A stretch of 64,000 nucleotides of DNA. Origin: a virus. Location of the stretch: positions 1,009 through 65,008 of IMG/VR virus record IMGVR_UViG_2857898870_000003. One strand, written 5' to 3'. Shown one piece after another: positions 35,378-45,798 of the stretch. The position numbers and the translations under genes were made by a program. Below the pieces are notes generated by a model. It saw only the letters and a list, made by a program, of their open reading frames with translations. It did no database searches and was not told the origin of the DNA. Within the stretch, counting starts at the first letter, position 1, and every line of letters starts with the position of its first letter.

Positions 35378-36352
35378 ATGGATAGAAATTATTTTATCGG
35401 TACTCCCGAAGGAGGCAATTCCGGTGGAAGTAAGTTTGATATCATGGCCTTTCTCCCGAGCTTGATGGGCGGTGGTGGAAAATCATTGGACCCCAATTTG
35501 GTAGCGGCTTTGATGAACAATAAGGGCAATCAAGACGCTTGGGGCGGTGGTGGTTGCTGGTGGATCTGGATCATCCTCCTGTTCTTCGTATGGGGAGGCT
35601 GGGGTGGCAACGGCTTCGGCAACAACGGGGCTAACGGATTACCGGCTCAATTGAACAATGACGCTGGTCGTGAATTGTTGATGAACGCTATCCAAGGAAA
35701 CGGAACGGCTATCAGCCAATTGTCATCTTCCTTGAATTGCTCAACCCAACAATTACAAAACGCTATCTGCCAGATCCAAGGACAGATCCAGAGCGTGGGT
35801 AACCAAGTAGGCATGAGTTCCCAACAAATCATTAACGCCGTCCAAAGTGGTAACAATCAATTATTGAGCCAGATCGCCGAGTGCTGCTGCACGGTTAACA
35901 ACAACATCACTAAGATGGGCTACGAGAACCAATTGGCTAGCTGCAACCAGACAAACACGCTGGTGAATACGATGAACAACAACACGTTGACTCTCCGTGA
36001 CTCAGGTCTGCAGAACACCCGTGATATCATCAACGAGGTTCGTGATTTCAAGAGCTTGTATCAACAAGACAAGATGGATCGCTTGACGGCGGAGAACCTA
36101 GCCTTGAAAGGACAGATCTCCCAAAGCAACCAGAACGCCTATTTCGCCGCTACTCTACAGGCGCAGACCGCCCCTCTAGGTAACGCCTTGGGTGATTTGA
36201 GCTCAAGATTGGCCAAGATCGAGTGTAACCAGCCGGAGGTGGCAAAGGTTCCTTACTCCCCCGTGGTAGGCATACCCACTTGCGTGGCCGCCCAGTACGG
36301 ATTAGGCCTAGGTCTCGGTAACTGGGGAAACTTCGGCAACGGATGGGGATAA
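35378..36352 (+). CDS. Gly/Gln/Asn-rich single-pass membrane protein with Cys clusters (324 aa)
   Basis: WGGGGCWWIWIILLFFVWGGWGG hydrophobic segment flanked by Gly runs. Long Q/N-rich low-complexity region with CCC and CxQ motifs. C-terminal GLGLGLGNWGNFGNGWG. Confidence 0.45.
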   Translation: MDRNYFIGTPEGGNSGGSKFDIMAFLPSLMGGGGKSLDPNLVAALMNNKGNQDAWGGGGCWWIWIILLFFVWGGWGGNGFGNNGANGLPAQLNNDAGRELLMNAIQGNGTAISQLSSSLNCSTQQLQNAICQIQGQIQSVGNQVGMSSQQIINAVQSGNNQLLSQIAECCCTVNNNITKMGYENQLASCNQTNTLVNTMNNNTLTLRDSGLQNTRDIINEVRDFKSLYQQDKMDRLTAENLALKGQISQSNQNAYFAATLQAQTAPLGNALGDLSSRLAKIECNQPEVAKVPYSPVVGIPTCVAAQYGLGLGLGNWGNFGNGWG

Positions 36353-36380
36353 TGAGTTAATAACCTAAAAATAAAGAGTT

Positions 36381-36725
36381 ATGGCATTCATTAGTCCTTT
36401 CATAATGGCGAACAAGAACGGTATCCCACGTTTGGAGAGCACGGGCGTTACGGTCGGGACGACCAACGTTCGTTTCTCCTTCCGCAATCACCCGTTCCTG
36501 TCAGCCCCGTTTAGCGGGTTGATCTTGTTTCGTCTGGCCCAGCCTATCCCGGCTGGTACTACCGGGACATTGCCGGTAGTGTTTGACACGAACGGCTCCA
36601 CGCAGGCGCTAACGACCATTAACGGCGCAGATGTCACGGCATCCGATATAACCGGCACCGGAATCTACTTGTGTTACTATGAGTCGGGCAATAATACGCT
36701 CCAGATAATGACGGGAGTGGTGTGA
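36381..36725 (+). CDS. Hypothetical protein (114 aa), Thr/Gly-rich
   Basis: ORF track only. Confidence 0.4.
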   Translation: MAFISPFIMANKNGIPRLESTGVTVGTTNVRFSFRNHPFLSAPFSGLILFRLAQPIPAGTTGTLPVVFDTNGSTQALTTINGADVTASDITGTGIYLCYYESGNNTLQIMTGVV

Positions 36726-36778
36726 TAGAGTATCAACGAGAGACCGGAGCGATCCGGCTCTCATAAAAACCAAGAAAT

Positions 36779-37324
36779 ATGTTCAAGAATCAGAGACAAG
36801 GGAATCCTTTATATATCCTTCATAAGGGGAATACGCCGTTTTGTGAGGTTGGAAGCATAGTCAGCGTGTCCCCTCCGAGACCGGAGAATCCAAATTTCAA
36901 TATGTATGGTCCGCAAGCTAAAATCGTGGTGGACATAAAGGCCAAGGTAGGTGAGGACAACGTCAGCTTCTCCAACGTCTTGTCCGACGTCACCATTACG
37001 GATTACCCCACTACAAACGGGGAGAAACTGGTTGTGTCATGCGATCTAGGTGCCCTGAATACGGAGATCAACGCCATGATGCAGCAAAGCCGACAGGTAC
37101 TTGACAGCATCGATTACCATAAATCCGTGATTGAGGGGTGCGAGAAGATGCTGGTAATACTGAACCCTGACTTTGCCCGGGAGAAGGAGAGGGAGAGTGA
37201 GATCGCTAACATGAGAAACGAGATGTCCGATCTGAAGGAGGCTAACGCAAGGTTGGTTGCCATGATGGAGCAACTTGTCGGTTCCGTGAACGGTAATAAT
37301 AACAATAATAAAAAAACAGAGTGA
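36779..37324 (+). CDS. Hypothetical protein (181 aa) with C-terminal coiled coil and poly-Asn tail
   Basis: ORF track only. C-terminus ends NGNNNNNKKTE. Confidence 0.4.
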   Translation: MFKNQRQGNPLYILHKGNTPFCEVGSIVSVSPPRPENPNFNMYGPQAKIVVDIKAKVGEDNVSFSNVLSDVTITDYPTTNGEKLVVSCDLGALNTEINAMMQQSRQVLDSIDYHKSVIEGCEKMLVILNPDFAREKERESEIANMRNEMSDLKEANARLVAMMEQLVGSVNGNNNNNKKTE

Positions 37325-37325
37325 T

Positions 37326-37631
37326 ATGGGAACATATAGCAGAAAACTGAAGGAGCTGATCGAGGAATTCGACGCCATGGAAGACGAGGATATGTTGGAA
37401 CTGGCTAAGGAGGCCTATAAGCTTGGCTGTAAGGAAGGAAAGCGGAAGGCCATGGAAGGCTATGGCAACCGCATGGAGGAAGACGAAGACGATGAGTTCG
37501 AGGACGACGACGAGTTCCGTGAGATGTGGGAGCGTGGCGGCTACGGCAACCGTGGCGGCGGTCGTGGATCATCCGGGGGAGGCTATGGCAATCGCCGGGG
37601 AGTAAGAGGATCCGGACGTGGACGTAGGTAA
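37326..37631 (+). CDS. Acidic protein with C-terminal RGG/Gly-Arg-rich tail (101 aa)
   Basis: EEDEDDEFEDDDEF followed by GGYGNRGGGRGSSGGGYGNRRGVRGSGRGRR. RGG boxes are nucleic-acid-binding low-complexity motifs (established). Confidence 0.4.
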   Translation: MGTYSRKLKELIEEFDAMEDEDMLELAKEAYKLGCKEGKRKAMEGYGNRMEEDEDDEFEDDDEFREMWERGGYGNRGGGRGSSGGGYGNRRGVRGSGRGRR

Positions 37632-37639
37632 TAATAATC

Positions 37640-38089
37640 ATGGGAGGGGCGAAAGTCCCTCTCTTAAATCAGCAGATCATGAGATTGGACGCATACGATA
37701 AGTTCCCTACGGGAATGAGAGAATATTTAAAGGCGTATGGCTGGCATTTCTCCAAGGCCATGTGCGATTTCGCCGTTTCCCGGATGTGGACGGTAGACGA
37801 TTCCGGAGATAAAAAAGAGACTAGGAGTTATACCAAGGAGGACGTGGATAAGATACTGAAGCAATATGGCGTTAAGTTAAGTAAGTCAGAAGGATATGAC
37901 TATGTCTATGTCGCTAATATGTGCCTGTTCGATTTTCAATCGAGATTGCCATTGAATGAGCAAGGGCTAGCTAGGTATATCAAGGCCGTGATAGATGATC
38001 CAGATGGCTATGATGGCATGGTGTTCACAAGGTATTACGCTGATTGCATAGGGTCTGGCACGCCTATAATCTGGGAGGAGATGATGTGA
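37640..38089 (+). CDS. Hypothetical protein (149 aa)
   Basis: ORF track only. Confidence 0.4.
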   Translation: MGGAKVPLLNQQIMRLDAYDKFPTGMREYLKAYGWHFSKAMCDFAVSRMWTVDDSGDKKETRSYTKEDVDKILKQYGVKLSKSEGYDYVYVANMCLFDFQSRLPLNEQGLARYIKAVIDDPDGYDGMVFTRYYADCIGSGTPIIWEEMM

Positions 38090-38271
38090 TGGGAGGCTGG
38101 GGCTACATACTGAGGATCTTGAAGGGAGAGTCCCCCAAGGACGTGCTGGCGAGTATGCCGGAGAAGGATTTTGACAAGGTATCCGAGGTGGTTGGCAATC
38201 TCAAGGCTACCAATCTCACCCGGCAACAAAGGAGGAGGATAGAGCGGGAGTTCAAGACGGTAAGGAGATGA
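38089..38271 (+). CDS. Small basic protein (about 60 aa); start taken as the ATG at 38089 that overlaps the upstream TGA
   Basis: The track ORF is 38044-38271. The in-frame ATG at 38089-38091 overlaps the stop at 38087-38089 (TGATG coupling). Confidence 0.3.
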   Translation: MGGWGYILRILKGESPKDVLASMPEKDFDKVSEVVGNLKATNLTRQQRRRIEREFKTVRR

Positions 38272-38738
38272 TACGACGGGATTACCATATCAAGAGATAC
38301 GATTGGGTGATCCACGTGCTGTATAACGTCACCTGCTCGAGGACATCCGATATCATAGCCCTATTGAGGAGGGTCGGTTGCCCGGAAAGCAAGATACGGG
38401 AGGCTTATGGCAACGTAGGATCCTGCAAGCTGGACGTGGGACTTACTTATTCCAACTACCGGCGAAGGGAATCCGTCATGGTGATAGGCCGGACCTCGTC
38501 TTACGGGGAATTCTCCAATTCGCTGTTCCACGAGTGCCGGCACTTGACGGATCATATGTCCTTGGCCTTGGATCTGGAGATCGGAGGGGAGCCTATCGCT
38601 TACTTGGCTGGCGATATAGGAGCCTTGATGTCCGATGAGATAAGGATGTTCATCTGCGATTGCCATCGTCACAGGAACGATATAAACGATGAGTTATGGG
38701 AAAGAAAAAAGAAGATAAAAAGAAAAAGGAATCCGTAA
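38268..38738 (+). CDS. Hypothetical protein (156 aa), His/Cys-containing
   Basis: ATGA overlap with the previous ORF. Contains HECRH and CDCHRHRND motifs (possible metal ligands). Confidence 0.4.
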   Translation: MIRRDYHIKRYDWVIHVLYNVTCSRTSDIIALLRRVGCPESKIREAYGNVGSCKLDVGLTYSNYRRRESVMVIGRTSSYGEFSNSLFHECRHLTDHMSLALDLEIGGEPIAYLAGDIGALMSDEIRMFICDCHRHRNDINDELWERKKKIKRKRNP

Positions 38739-38864
38739 GACGGGAGATAGACCTCCTCACGGATTCCTTGGATTTCGAGCCTATAAACTTTCATGAGATT
38801 AAGGCTAGGATCAGGTACTTGATGAGCATAGAAGGGAAAAGAAAGTGACATTATACTTTATCCT

Positions 38865-40847
38865 CTATGCTGACATCAGGGCTTGTCGTGCCTTATTGAG
38901 CGTGTCTTGATCAACCTGTCCGTTGATCGCGTTCATTTGATCCGATGGGATACCTTGGATATTTCCACCTTGCTCAACCGCTTGTTTGTTGGATTGAATG
39001 GACTGAAGTATCTGGTCTGATCCGGGGTAATATGATAGTGATAACATTTGCTCCGCGGAAATGGCTCCGGCCATCCATAATTCCTTTACCAAGTCGTTTA
39101 ACATCATTCTCGCTACCGGAGATTCAGCGGATTCCTTGATGTTGACCTTGAAATCTATATCTTGGACTGTCTTCGGGTCATACTCATTATAAGTGGCATA
39201 ACCCGCTGATCTCTCCATCGATATGTTCCTTGGGGATTGATAATATTGATGGATCGTTTTCATCTTTTTACGAGCGATCTCGGCCTCGAACGTGGAGAAC
39301 TTGGTTAGTAACGTAGCGATAGATGTAGTGGAGTTCTGTGTTTCCATGGCATATCTGCTTGCCGCTGTTGATCCCGACGGGGTTTTCCCTTGCAAGGCTT
39401 CCGACACGGACGTTATATCGTTTATGAAACTCAATTGTAATTGCAATAGCTCCGTGGTACCGATATTGGTAGAGTTCGATGTTATGACTTCCGGTTTGTT
39501 CCCGCTCTTGGACGGCTCGTAAAAAATAAATGATCCGATCTCAACGAATTGCTCGGCGAACTCACGATTGGACATCCCGTCCGGAACGGAGTCTTTAGGG
39601 ATCATCTTTACTCCCTTTACCGCTGATTGGATAGCCAAGTCGTTAAGCATGATCAGCCGGTTGATGTATCGTTGCTGATCTATGATAACGGAAATAAAAG
39701 GAACTGTCCGTCCATTCACCAAATAGTGTAGCTTGTAAATATAGGGGTGAGACTTATATTCATAAGGCGTGTCATACTCGGTAAGTACACGTCCGTCCGG
39801 TGATAGCATTTGGAAATGCCAATATTGATCTATTATATAGGTGTATTCTATCAATGGGATCTCTTCCGGAGGTAATCCCTGTGACATTCCCATACGCATA
39901 CGATCCTCATTCTCTCTCTTGATAACAGGAAGATCGCTAAGCTCTATCCTGTATATAGGATCATCGGTGTCCATGATATCCACGCAACGGTATCTAGGCT
40001 TGTTCTCCAATGTCCAAACATGGTAGGTCCGGCACAGGTCGGCGGCGGGAGGCGTGTCGAAAGACTCGTCCATGAAACGATCGGTCTGCTGGGTTCCCAG
40101 ATTTTCCATACGATTGAGCCAAGGTGAGTAAATCTCCTCTAATTGCCTGTAATCATACTCGGACTCCGCTAATACCGAGGCTAGCTCGCCTAATGTATAG
40201 TCACGGATCTCCCCGATCAAGGAATCATCCCAGTGCCTTGGATCATTGGCTTTCGACTCATAGAAGAAATAGGAAGGGTTGACCACGTAGGTGTAGCTGT
40301 CCTCTATATCGTCATGGCTAGACCATTCTTCCGTTACCACGGCGCATCCACCGCAAATAAACTCTATCATTTCGGAGGTGAGGACATCTTTCATAAGGTT
40401 ATTTTCCCAGTTGGTCTGTAAAGCGTCCGTCATCATCTGTGACTTGGTATCCGCGTCTTTCTGCCGGGCGAAACATACGGGAAGGGTAGCGGTCTTTGCG
40501 TATAACCCCGCCAATGTATTTACGATCTTGAAAAGATGATTGTTCTGCAAAGCGACCCCTCCCGTACGCCTCGCTATCCTATCGCGTTCCTTCGTTCTTT
40601 TCCCGTCCTTGTCCAACACGATATCACCCCATTGGTCACCGAACACGTAACGGAAATTACGAAGACGGGTGGCCCTGAAATCGCTAAGGTTTTCCCAAGC
40701 GTTTTGGCACCTAGACAGTAAAGGTATGTTGGTCTTGTCCGTGCCTGATATCTTGACGCGGTGCTTGACGCTATCAACCGTCGTGGGGCGTCGGGAAAAC
40801 CGTGATTTAGGAATAAGTCGTTTCATGATTGATCTTTTTAATCGCAA
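38865..40847 (-). CDS. Portal-like protein (660 aa)
   Basis: Size, predicted mixed alpha/beta composition, and Q/S/T-rich C-terminal tail are typical of portal proteins. No diagnostic motif. Tentative. Confidence 0.35.
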   Translation of the reverse strand: MRLKRSIMKRLIPKSRFSRRPTTVDSVKHRVKISGTDKTNIPLLSRCQNAWENLSDFRATRLRNFRYVFGDQWGDIVLDKDGKRTKERDRIARRTGGVALQNNHLFKIVNTLAGLYAKTATLPVCFARQKDADTKSQMMTDALQTNWENNLMKDVLTSEMIEFICGGCAVVTEEWSSHDDIEDSYTYVVNPSYFFYESKANDPRHWDDSLIGEIRDYTLGELASVLAESEYDYRQLEEIYSPWLNRMENLGTQQTDRFMDESFDTPPAADLCRTYHVWTLENKPRYRCVDIMDTDDPIYRIELSDLPVIKRENEDRMRMGMSQGLPPEEIPLIEYTYIIDQYWHFQMLSPDGRVLTEYDTPYEYKSHPYIYKLHYLVNGRTVPFISVIIDQQRYINRLIMLNDLAIQSAVKGVKMIPKDSVPDGMSNREFAEQFVEIGSFIFYEPSKSGNKPEVITSNSTNIGTTELLQLQLSFINDITSVSEALQGKTPSGSTAASRYAMETQNSTTSIATLLTKFSTFEAEIARKKMKTIHQYYQSPRNISMERSAGYATYNEYDPKTVQDIDFKVNIKESAESPVARMMLNDLVKELWMAGAISAEQMLSLSYYPGSDQILQSIQSNKQAVEQGGNIQGIPSDQMNAINGQVDQDTLNKARQALMSA

Positions 40848-40941
40848 ATAAATCGAATAAAAGCACTTGGTTTTGTCAGAATAACCAAAATAACAAAATA
40901 ATCATACCTAAAGCCCTATTTTTGCCAGAAAAGGATCACAA

Positions 40942-41385
40942 ATGACATATGAGTTTGAATATATAAAGGCGATAAATAAATGCGAGATGCTATCCAGCTT
41001 CGAGGGACGTGATCTCGTCGGGGATAGCGGGGAAAGCCTATATCTAAAGATAAAGATAACGGAACAGGACAGGCCTCTTATAAGGACATATCTGGAACAA
41101 GCGGCAAGGTCGTTGGAGGAAGGCATGTCCAAAATCATAACCTCTTCCGCTTACTCGGAAGAAGGGTTCGTATGGGAGGTCAGGACGGAGGATACACGTT
41201 GGAACGTCAACAGGAAACTGGACGAGAACCTGTTGGACGCTCTGGTTGGTTATTCCATGATGAGTTGGCTTTCTGATCGGAAGCCTGATAGGATAGGGGT
41301 TTATAAATCTTTGTGGGAGGATATGTCCGTCATGTGCGTGAAGAACATATACAGGAAGAATCCCCCGCTATTAAAAAAAGCATGA
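40942..41385 (+). CDS. Hypothetical protein (147 aa)
   Basis: ORF track only. Confidence 0.4.
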   Translation: MTYEFEYIKAINKCEMLSSFEGRDLVGDSGESLYLKIKITEQDRPLIRTYLEQAARSLEEGMSKIITSSAYSEEGFVWEVRTEDTRWNVNRKLDENLLDALVGYSMMSWLSDRKPDRIGVYKSLWEDMSVMCVKNIYRKNPPLLKKA

Positions 41386-41386
41386 T

Positions 41387-41914
41387 ATGGACATAAATCT
41401 AGGTTGGACATATTTAAAGCATGACATAGACCAGTGGACGTGGAGGCTGGGAGATATGAGAAAGGAGGATCCCGGTAAAAGATTCTCCTCGCAGTCCGAT
41501 GATAACGAGGCCGATGATACTTTTATAAGACGCAAGATAGAGGAGGCGGTGGCGACCTTAAAGGTTTCCTTGTCCGGTATCTTGGAGGATATGCCCGGCG
41601 ATTCGGATGACTCATTGGATACCGATGCCGTGAATTGGGTGTTGCGCATGAAGGATCGTCGTGGAGGATATGATAGTGAGTCATTGGCGACCTTGATCCA
41701 TAAATACGTGGTGTGGTTCGTCCTTTGGAATTGGTGCCTGATTTACTTTGAGGAACTAGCCGGAAAGCTAGAGGAGGAGTTAAAGGGTATAGCGTCCATG
41801 ATAGAGGAAACCGCCTATTCAAGGAAAGCTCCTCGAAAGTGCAAGAGGAAGCCGTTTAAGGATATCGATGATGTCATTGTTGATGATGTCATTATAGAAA
41901 CAGGAGAAATATGA
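41387..41914 (+). CDS. Hypothetical protein (175 aa)
   Basis: Starts 2 nt after the previous ORF. Shares the segment RGGYDSESLATLIHKYVVWFVLWNW with the next ORF (RGWRGDPRRLAVYIHRFVVDSVLSFWYR). Confidence 0.4.
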   Translation: MDINLGWTYLKHDIDQWTWRLGDMRKEDPGKRFSSQSDDNEADDTFIRRKIEEAVATLKVSLSGILEDMPGDSDDSLDTDAVNWVLRMKDRRGGYDSESLATLIHKYVVWFVLWNWCLIYFEELAGKLEEELKGIASMIEETAYSRKAPRKCKRKPFKDIDDVIVDDVIIETGEI

Positions 41915-42426
41915 GAGACAGGAAAATCATACAGCCACGTGTCGATATGCGTGGATTTGAGTTAACGATAACGCTATTGAGGTGCGAGATTGAGTATGAC
42001 GTGGATTTCGAGACATGGAAGGTTGGGGATGTATCGGGCCTTCCCGGAAAGGAAAGAGCTGGGCTGGAGACCTCAGAGGAAACGGCGGATTGGATGTTTC
42101 GTCAAGTGAATGATGCGTTGTCGGAGGCTACCGGCCATTTACGGGCGTTTTCACCTTGGGTTCAGAGCCGCGCCGTAACGGACGAGGTGAAGGATGATAG
42201 GGAATGGATCATAAACTTGGTGATGGAAAGAGGATGGCGTGGAGATCCGAGGAGATTGGCCGTTTATATCCACCGTTTCGTGGTTGATAGCGTATTATCT
42301 TTTTGGTATAGGATGGTAGATCCATCTAGGGTACAGATGTACGCCTCTCAAAAGGAGGAGGATCGAAGAAATATCATAAACGAGGCAAGGGAGACACAGG
42401 TTAAGGATGTTTATTTCAGATTATAA
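41911..42426 (+). CDS. Hypothetical protein (171 aa), paralog-like of 41387-41914
   Basis: 4-nt overlap with the previous ORF. Weak shared C-terminal motif. Confidence 0.4.
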   Translation: MRDRKIIQPRVDMRGFELTITLLRCEIEYDVDFETWKVGDVSGLPGKERAGLETSEETADWMFRQVNDALSEATGHLRAFSPWVQSRAVTDEVKDDREWIINLVMERGWRGDPRRLAVYIHRFVVDSVLSFWYRMVDPSRVQMYASQKEEDRRNIINEARETQVKDVYFRL

Positions 42427-42429
42427 ATC

Positions 42430-42720
42430 ATGGGAAAAGGTTTTGAGAATGGTCACATGAAGATGGGAGGAAGGGAGAAGGGAACCCGGAATAAGAACAC
42501 GGAGATAAAGAATTTTTTCCGTGATTTCGTAATCGACAATCAGGAAGAGTTCAAGAAAGCTTTCCTCAAGCTAAAGGATAAGGATAAATGCGCTGTTTAT
42601 TTAAAAGCTAGTGAGTTCGTGGTACCAAAGGTATCCTCTATAAAGTTCGAGGACGCTAAAAACACTAATTCCGCTATTGAGTTGTTGAAGGTAGCGGCCA
42701 GTTACAAGCAAAAAAAATGA
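42430..42720 (+). CDS. Hypothetical basic protein (96 aa)
   Basis: ORF track only. Confidence 0.35.
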   Translation: MGKGFENGHMKMGGREKGTRNKNTEIKNFFRDFVIDNQEEFKKAFLKLKDKDKCAVYLKASEFVVPKVSSIKFEDAKNTNSAIELLKVAASYKQKK

Positions 42721-42750
42721 CATATACCCCCGGCTAGGCCGAGGGGTACT

Positions 42751-45297
42751 TTAACGCATCCTCCAATCCCTTCTAGTCTCGAATCTTACTCTGGTTCCTG
42801 ATAATGTATCTAAATCATATAGGTTTGAGAAATAAACGAGCCGATAGTATTTAAAAGCCCTTTGCCTAAGAGATTTAAGCCGAGACCAATTTTTCCTATC
42901 CGCGCTTACGAATACCGCTATCTTGATTTTTGAGGACTCATCCTTTCGTAAACCCAACGTCCTAAGATCGACTAGTACCTTTAAAGAGAAAGGATCTCCT
43001 AACGTCAAGGCACGTGTGATCGCTATGCCTTTTCTGGTATCTTCAGAGATATATTTTTCCAGTGAGTACAAAACGTTACCTATTTGCACTACCGAGCTTG
43101 GATAATCTTGCGCCATGGCCTTGACCTCTTCCCCTACGAAAGTGGAGAATTCCCCGGTGTCCAAAGAATATACATAATGCTTTCTAGTCCCTTTGGGATA
43201 AATATGCAATAGGGAATTCGTATAATCATAGGCAATCTTACAAGCTCGCAATGTCTCTACGAAAGTTTCCGTGTCCGGGATGAAAAGATCGCTAAAATCC
43301 GGGTTGACATTAAAGAATGTCTCATCAATATTTACTCCTTCCAACGATGACGATAAAAGGCTGATATCGGAGCCTTGCAATAATTTAAGGCCACGCTCGG
43401 TACTGAATACTATCGAGGAATCCAGTTGCGTGATACTATCCGGATTATTGCAAACATCCCTGCTTATAGGTTGGATGGAGGAATACAATCCCGCGTCCGA
43501 TAATTGCAAGGCCCATATCCCATCGGAAGAGAAAGCGTATAAGGGAAACTGCCCGAATTGCCCTTGGGACAGCGCTTTCGTGGTGGATCGGATACCTACG
43601 ATCTCACCGGTTCCCACCGTGTTTATTCCCGCCAACGGGAAATAAAACGGGTTATTGACCTCGGACGTATATATCTTGTTTGGCATATTGACCGACTTGT
43701 CCGTTGATATTGGTGTGCTATCGCTGCCCGGTTTAAATATGATCGGGGCGTATGAGTCGAAATAGTAAGCCCCGTTCAGCGTGTTATGCGGAGAGAGGGT
43801 AACGATCGCTTGGTATCCGTCCGAGTTTCGTGTTATCACCATCTTGTATGCGTTAGCGTTGGGGTAATATAGGTAATGCAAATTGATACCAAGGTTATAT
43901 GAGGAGGATGTTTGAACGACGATATCCTTTTCTCCTTCTCTTATGAAAACCTTTATGCTCAACGTGCTGCTACCGTCGTTGTACGTTACCATGGACTCCG
44001 GAGGATAACCGTCAAATAGTATCCTTTTTATATTAGCTATATTTAACCGCTGGTTATAAGTATAGGAATAATCAGGTATTAGCCAATCTAAATTCTGGTA
44101 CCCGTCCGCGTCAACAAGTTGCTCTCGATTTTGCAACGATTCCAGCACATTATCCTCTAAAGTGAGAGAGCGTCTTTCACCCCCGTTATAACCGCACAAG
44201 TCCTCATACGCTATGCTTGCTACTTTGTAAAACAATGAATTATCCGGCACCTTATTATCCATGGCCTTTCCGGGTAAGACGAGTTGATCGGTATAACCTG
44301 ATCCCGGCAGGGCTATGGACAAGGCTCCCTCGAATGTATGCCTGTTGTAATATCCTCCACCAATAGAGTACACCCCGAAACCGTTATCGTCTGATATTTT
44401 TTGTGCCCCATTAATCTCCCCATAATAATCAAAGGTGTATATTGGCGGCGTTATGAATATATCAAGGCTTTTAACTATGTCCTTCCACCATTCCCTTTGA
44501 TTCCCCATTCCGCTGACTTTGTAATTAATGGAGCATACCACTGAGGATATAATGAAGTTTACAATGATCTTTGCGTCAAAATCCTCTGTGTCCACGTCAA
44601 TAGTAAATGGAACGTGAGGAGTTACTCCGGACGATGGTATCATCAGTATCGGGGCTGATTGCATGTAAGACGTTCCGTCATATAGTCTATAAGCGTAACG
44701 AATAAAGAACGGATATATAAACATGCCTCGATCTACACTTCTCTCCCTGATAAATTTTGAGACATATCCCATCACGGAATTACTGATAGTTGATAGTTGA
44801 TCTTCCGTAAAGGCTCCATCATAGGGCGGATCAACGGATACGGACAATTGTTCGGTCTTATCCAATGATCCTACCAATCCGAATGACAGGATAGGGAAGG
44901 GGGGCTTATCTCCTAATTCCTTATAAAACTCTCCATCCCAAAGTAAATATCTTATAGGATCTTCGCTTATTACAATCAAGGTGTTTCCTATGGACGTGAT
45001 AGCTTTGGGAATTTTGTCATATTGGTTCGCTCCAATAAGATGGGTCGTTCCGTCCGTATCCGCATAACGTAAAACATTCGTCTGGAAAAAGATATAGTGA
45101 AGGAAATCCTTTGTCCGATGCACGTACATAAGTATCGATCCTTCCGGAAGGGTTATGCCTAATTCTTTCGGAGGCTGTATATTCACCAACTCACCATTCT
45201 TGGGTATCAAATTTACACATTCTGATAATTCCCCCTCGTTTCCGATAGATGGAGAACGGTGTATCCCGTAGGATAATGAAATATCTTGCTGTTCCAT
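42751..45297 (-). CDS. Large hypothetical protein (848 aa); structural candidate
   Basis: Long ORF, globular beta-rich composition, no motif. Confidence 0.45.
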   Translation of the reverse strand: MEQQDISLSYGIHRSPSIGNEGELSECVNLIPKNGELVNIQPPKELGITLPEGSILMYVHRTKDFLHYIFFQTNVLRYADTDGTTHLIGANQYDKIPKAITSIGNTLIVISEDPIRYLLWDGEFYKELGDKPPFPILSFGLVGSLDKTEQLSVSVDPPYDGAFTEDQLSTISNSVMGYVSKFIRERSVDRGMFIYPFFIRYAYRLYDGTSYMQSAPILMIPSSGVTPHVPFTIDVDTEDFDAKIIVNFIISSVVCSINYKVSGMGNQREWWKDIVKSLDIFITPPIYTFDYYGEINGAQKISDDNGFGVYSIGGGYYNRHTFEGALSIALPGSGYTDQLVLPGKAMDNKVPDNSLFYKVASIAYEDLCGYNGGERRSLTLEDNVLESLQNREQLVDADGYQNLDWLIPDYSYTYNQRLNIANIKRILFDGYPPESMVTYNDGSSTLSIKVFIREGEKDIVVQTSSSYNLGINLHYLYYPNANAYKMVITRNSDGYQAIVTLSPHNTLNGAYYFDSYAPIIFKPGSDSTPISTDKSVNMPNKIYTSEVNNPFYFPLAGINTVGTGEIVGIRSTTKALSQGQFGQFPLYAFSSDGIWALQLSDAGLYSSIQPISRDVCNNPDSITQLDSSIVFSTERGLKLLQGSDISLLSSSLEGVNIDETFFNVNPDFSDLFIPDTETFVETLRACKIAYDYTNSLLHIYPKGTRKHYVYSLDTGEFSTFVGEEVKAMAQDYPSSVVQIGNVLYSLEKYISEDTRKGIAITRALTLGDPFSLKVLVDLRTLGLRKDESSKIKIAVFVSADRKNWSRLKSLRQRAFKYYRLVYFSNLYDLDTLSGTRVRFETRRDWRMR

Positions 45298-45346
45298 TTT
45301 TTGCGATAAAATTATATGATATAAGTAATAGGTTTTGACATATTGA

Positions 45347-45787
45347 TCAAAACCTATTGCATTTAGGTGGCCTTGATGTGCCTGTTATGATATCTCTGAA
45401 ATTAGGCAACTGCAAATAGAACGAGAATCTGCTTAACGGTCTCCATCGTTCAAGCAATGATTGGTTGCACTCATTCCATCTATCTTTTCCGAAGCGGATA
45501 TCCAAGGCATTAGTTATCTTACGCACGATAGACTGGATGTATGGTACATTTGCCCTGTTCCCAATGGAAGGGGTATAAATACATATTTTGTATATTCCTC
45601 CATTAATACAATCCCAGCTTCCCCTATAAAAAGTGATATGGGCTTTGTCTAGTATTGCCTCGTCTGATAAGCTTATAAATCCGTTATAACTTCCGATCAA
45701 CATCGCTTCGAATACTTTTAACCCAGTGGACGAGCGAAGAAGCTTTTTCAATTCTCTCTCGTCCCGGACAATTTGGCTTATTCCCAT
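45347..45787 (-). CDS. Hypothetical protein (146 aa)
   Basis: ORF track only. Confidence 0.35.
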   Translation of the reverse strand: MGISQIVRDERELKKLLRSSTGLKVFEAMLIGSYNGFISLSDEAILDKAHITFYRGSWDCINGGIYKICIYTPSIGNRANVPYIQSIVRKITNALDIRFGKDRWNECNQSLLERWRPLSRFSFYLQLPNFRDIITGTSRPPKCNRF

Positions 45788-45798
45788 AAATAGCTATT

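Noticed and set aside
38361-38672. Opposite-strand and alternative-frame ORFs (38361-38672 minus, 38378-38638 plus) inside 38268-38738
   Set aside because: GC-rich segment yielding Arg/Gly/Pro-rich frames. The annotated frame is the one continuous with translational coupling (ATGA) to the upstream gene.
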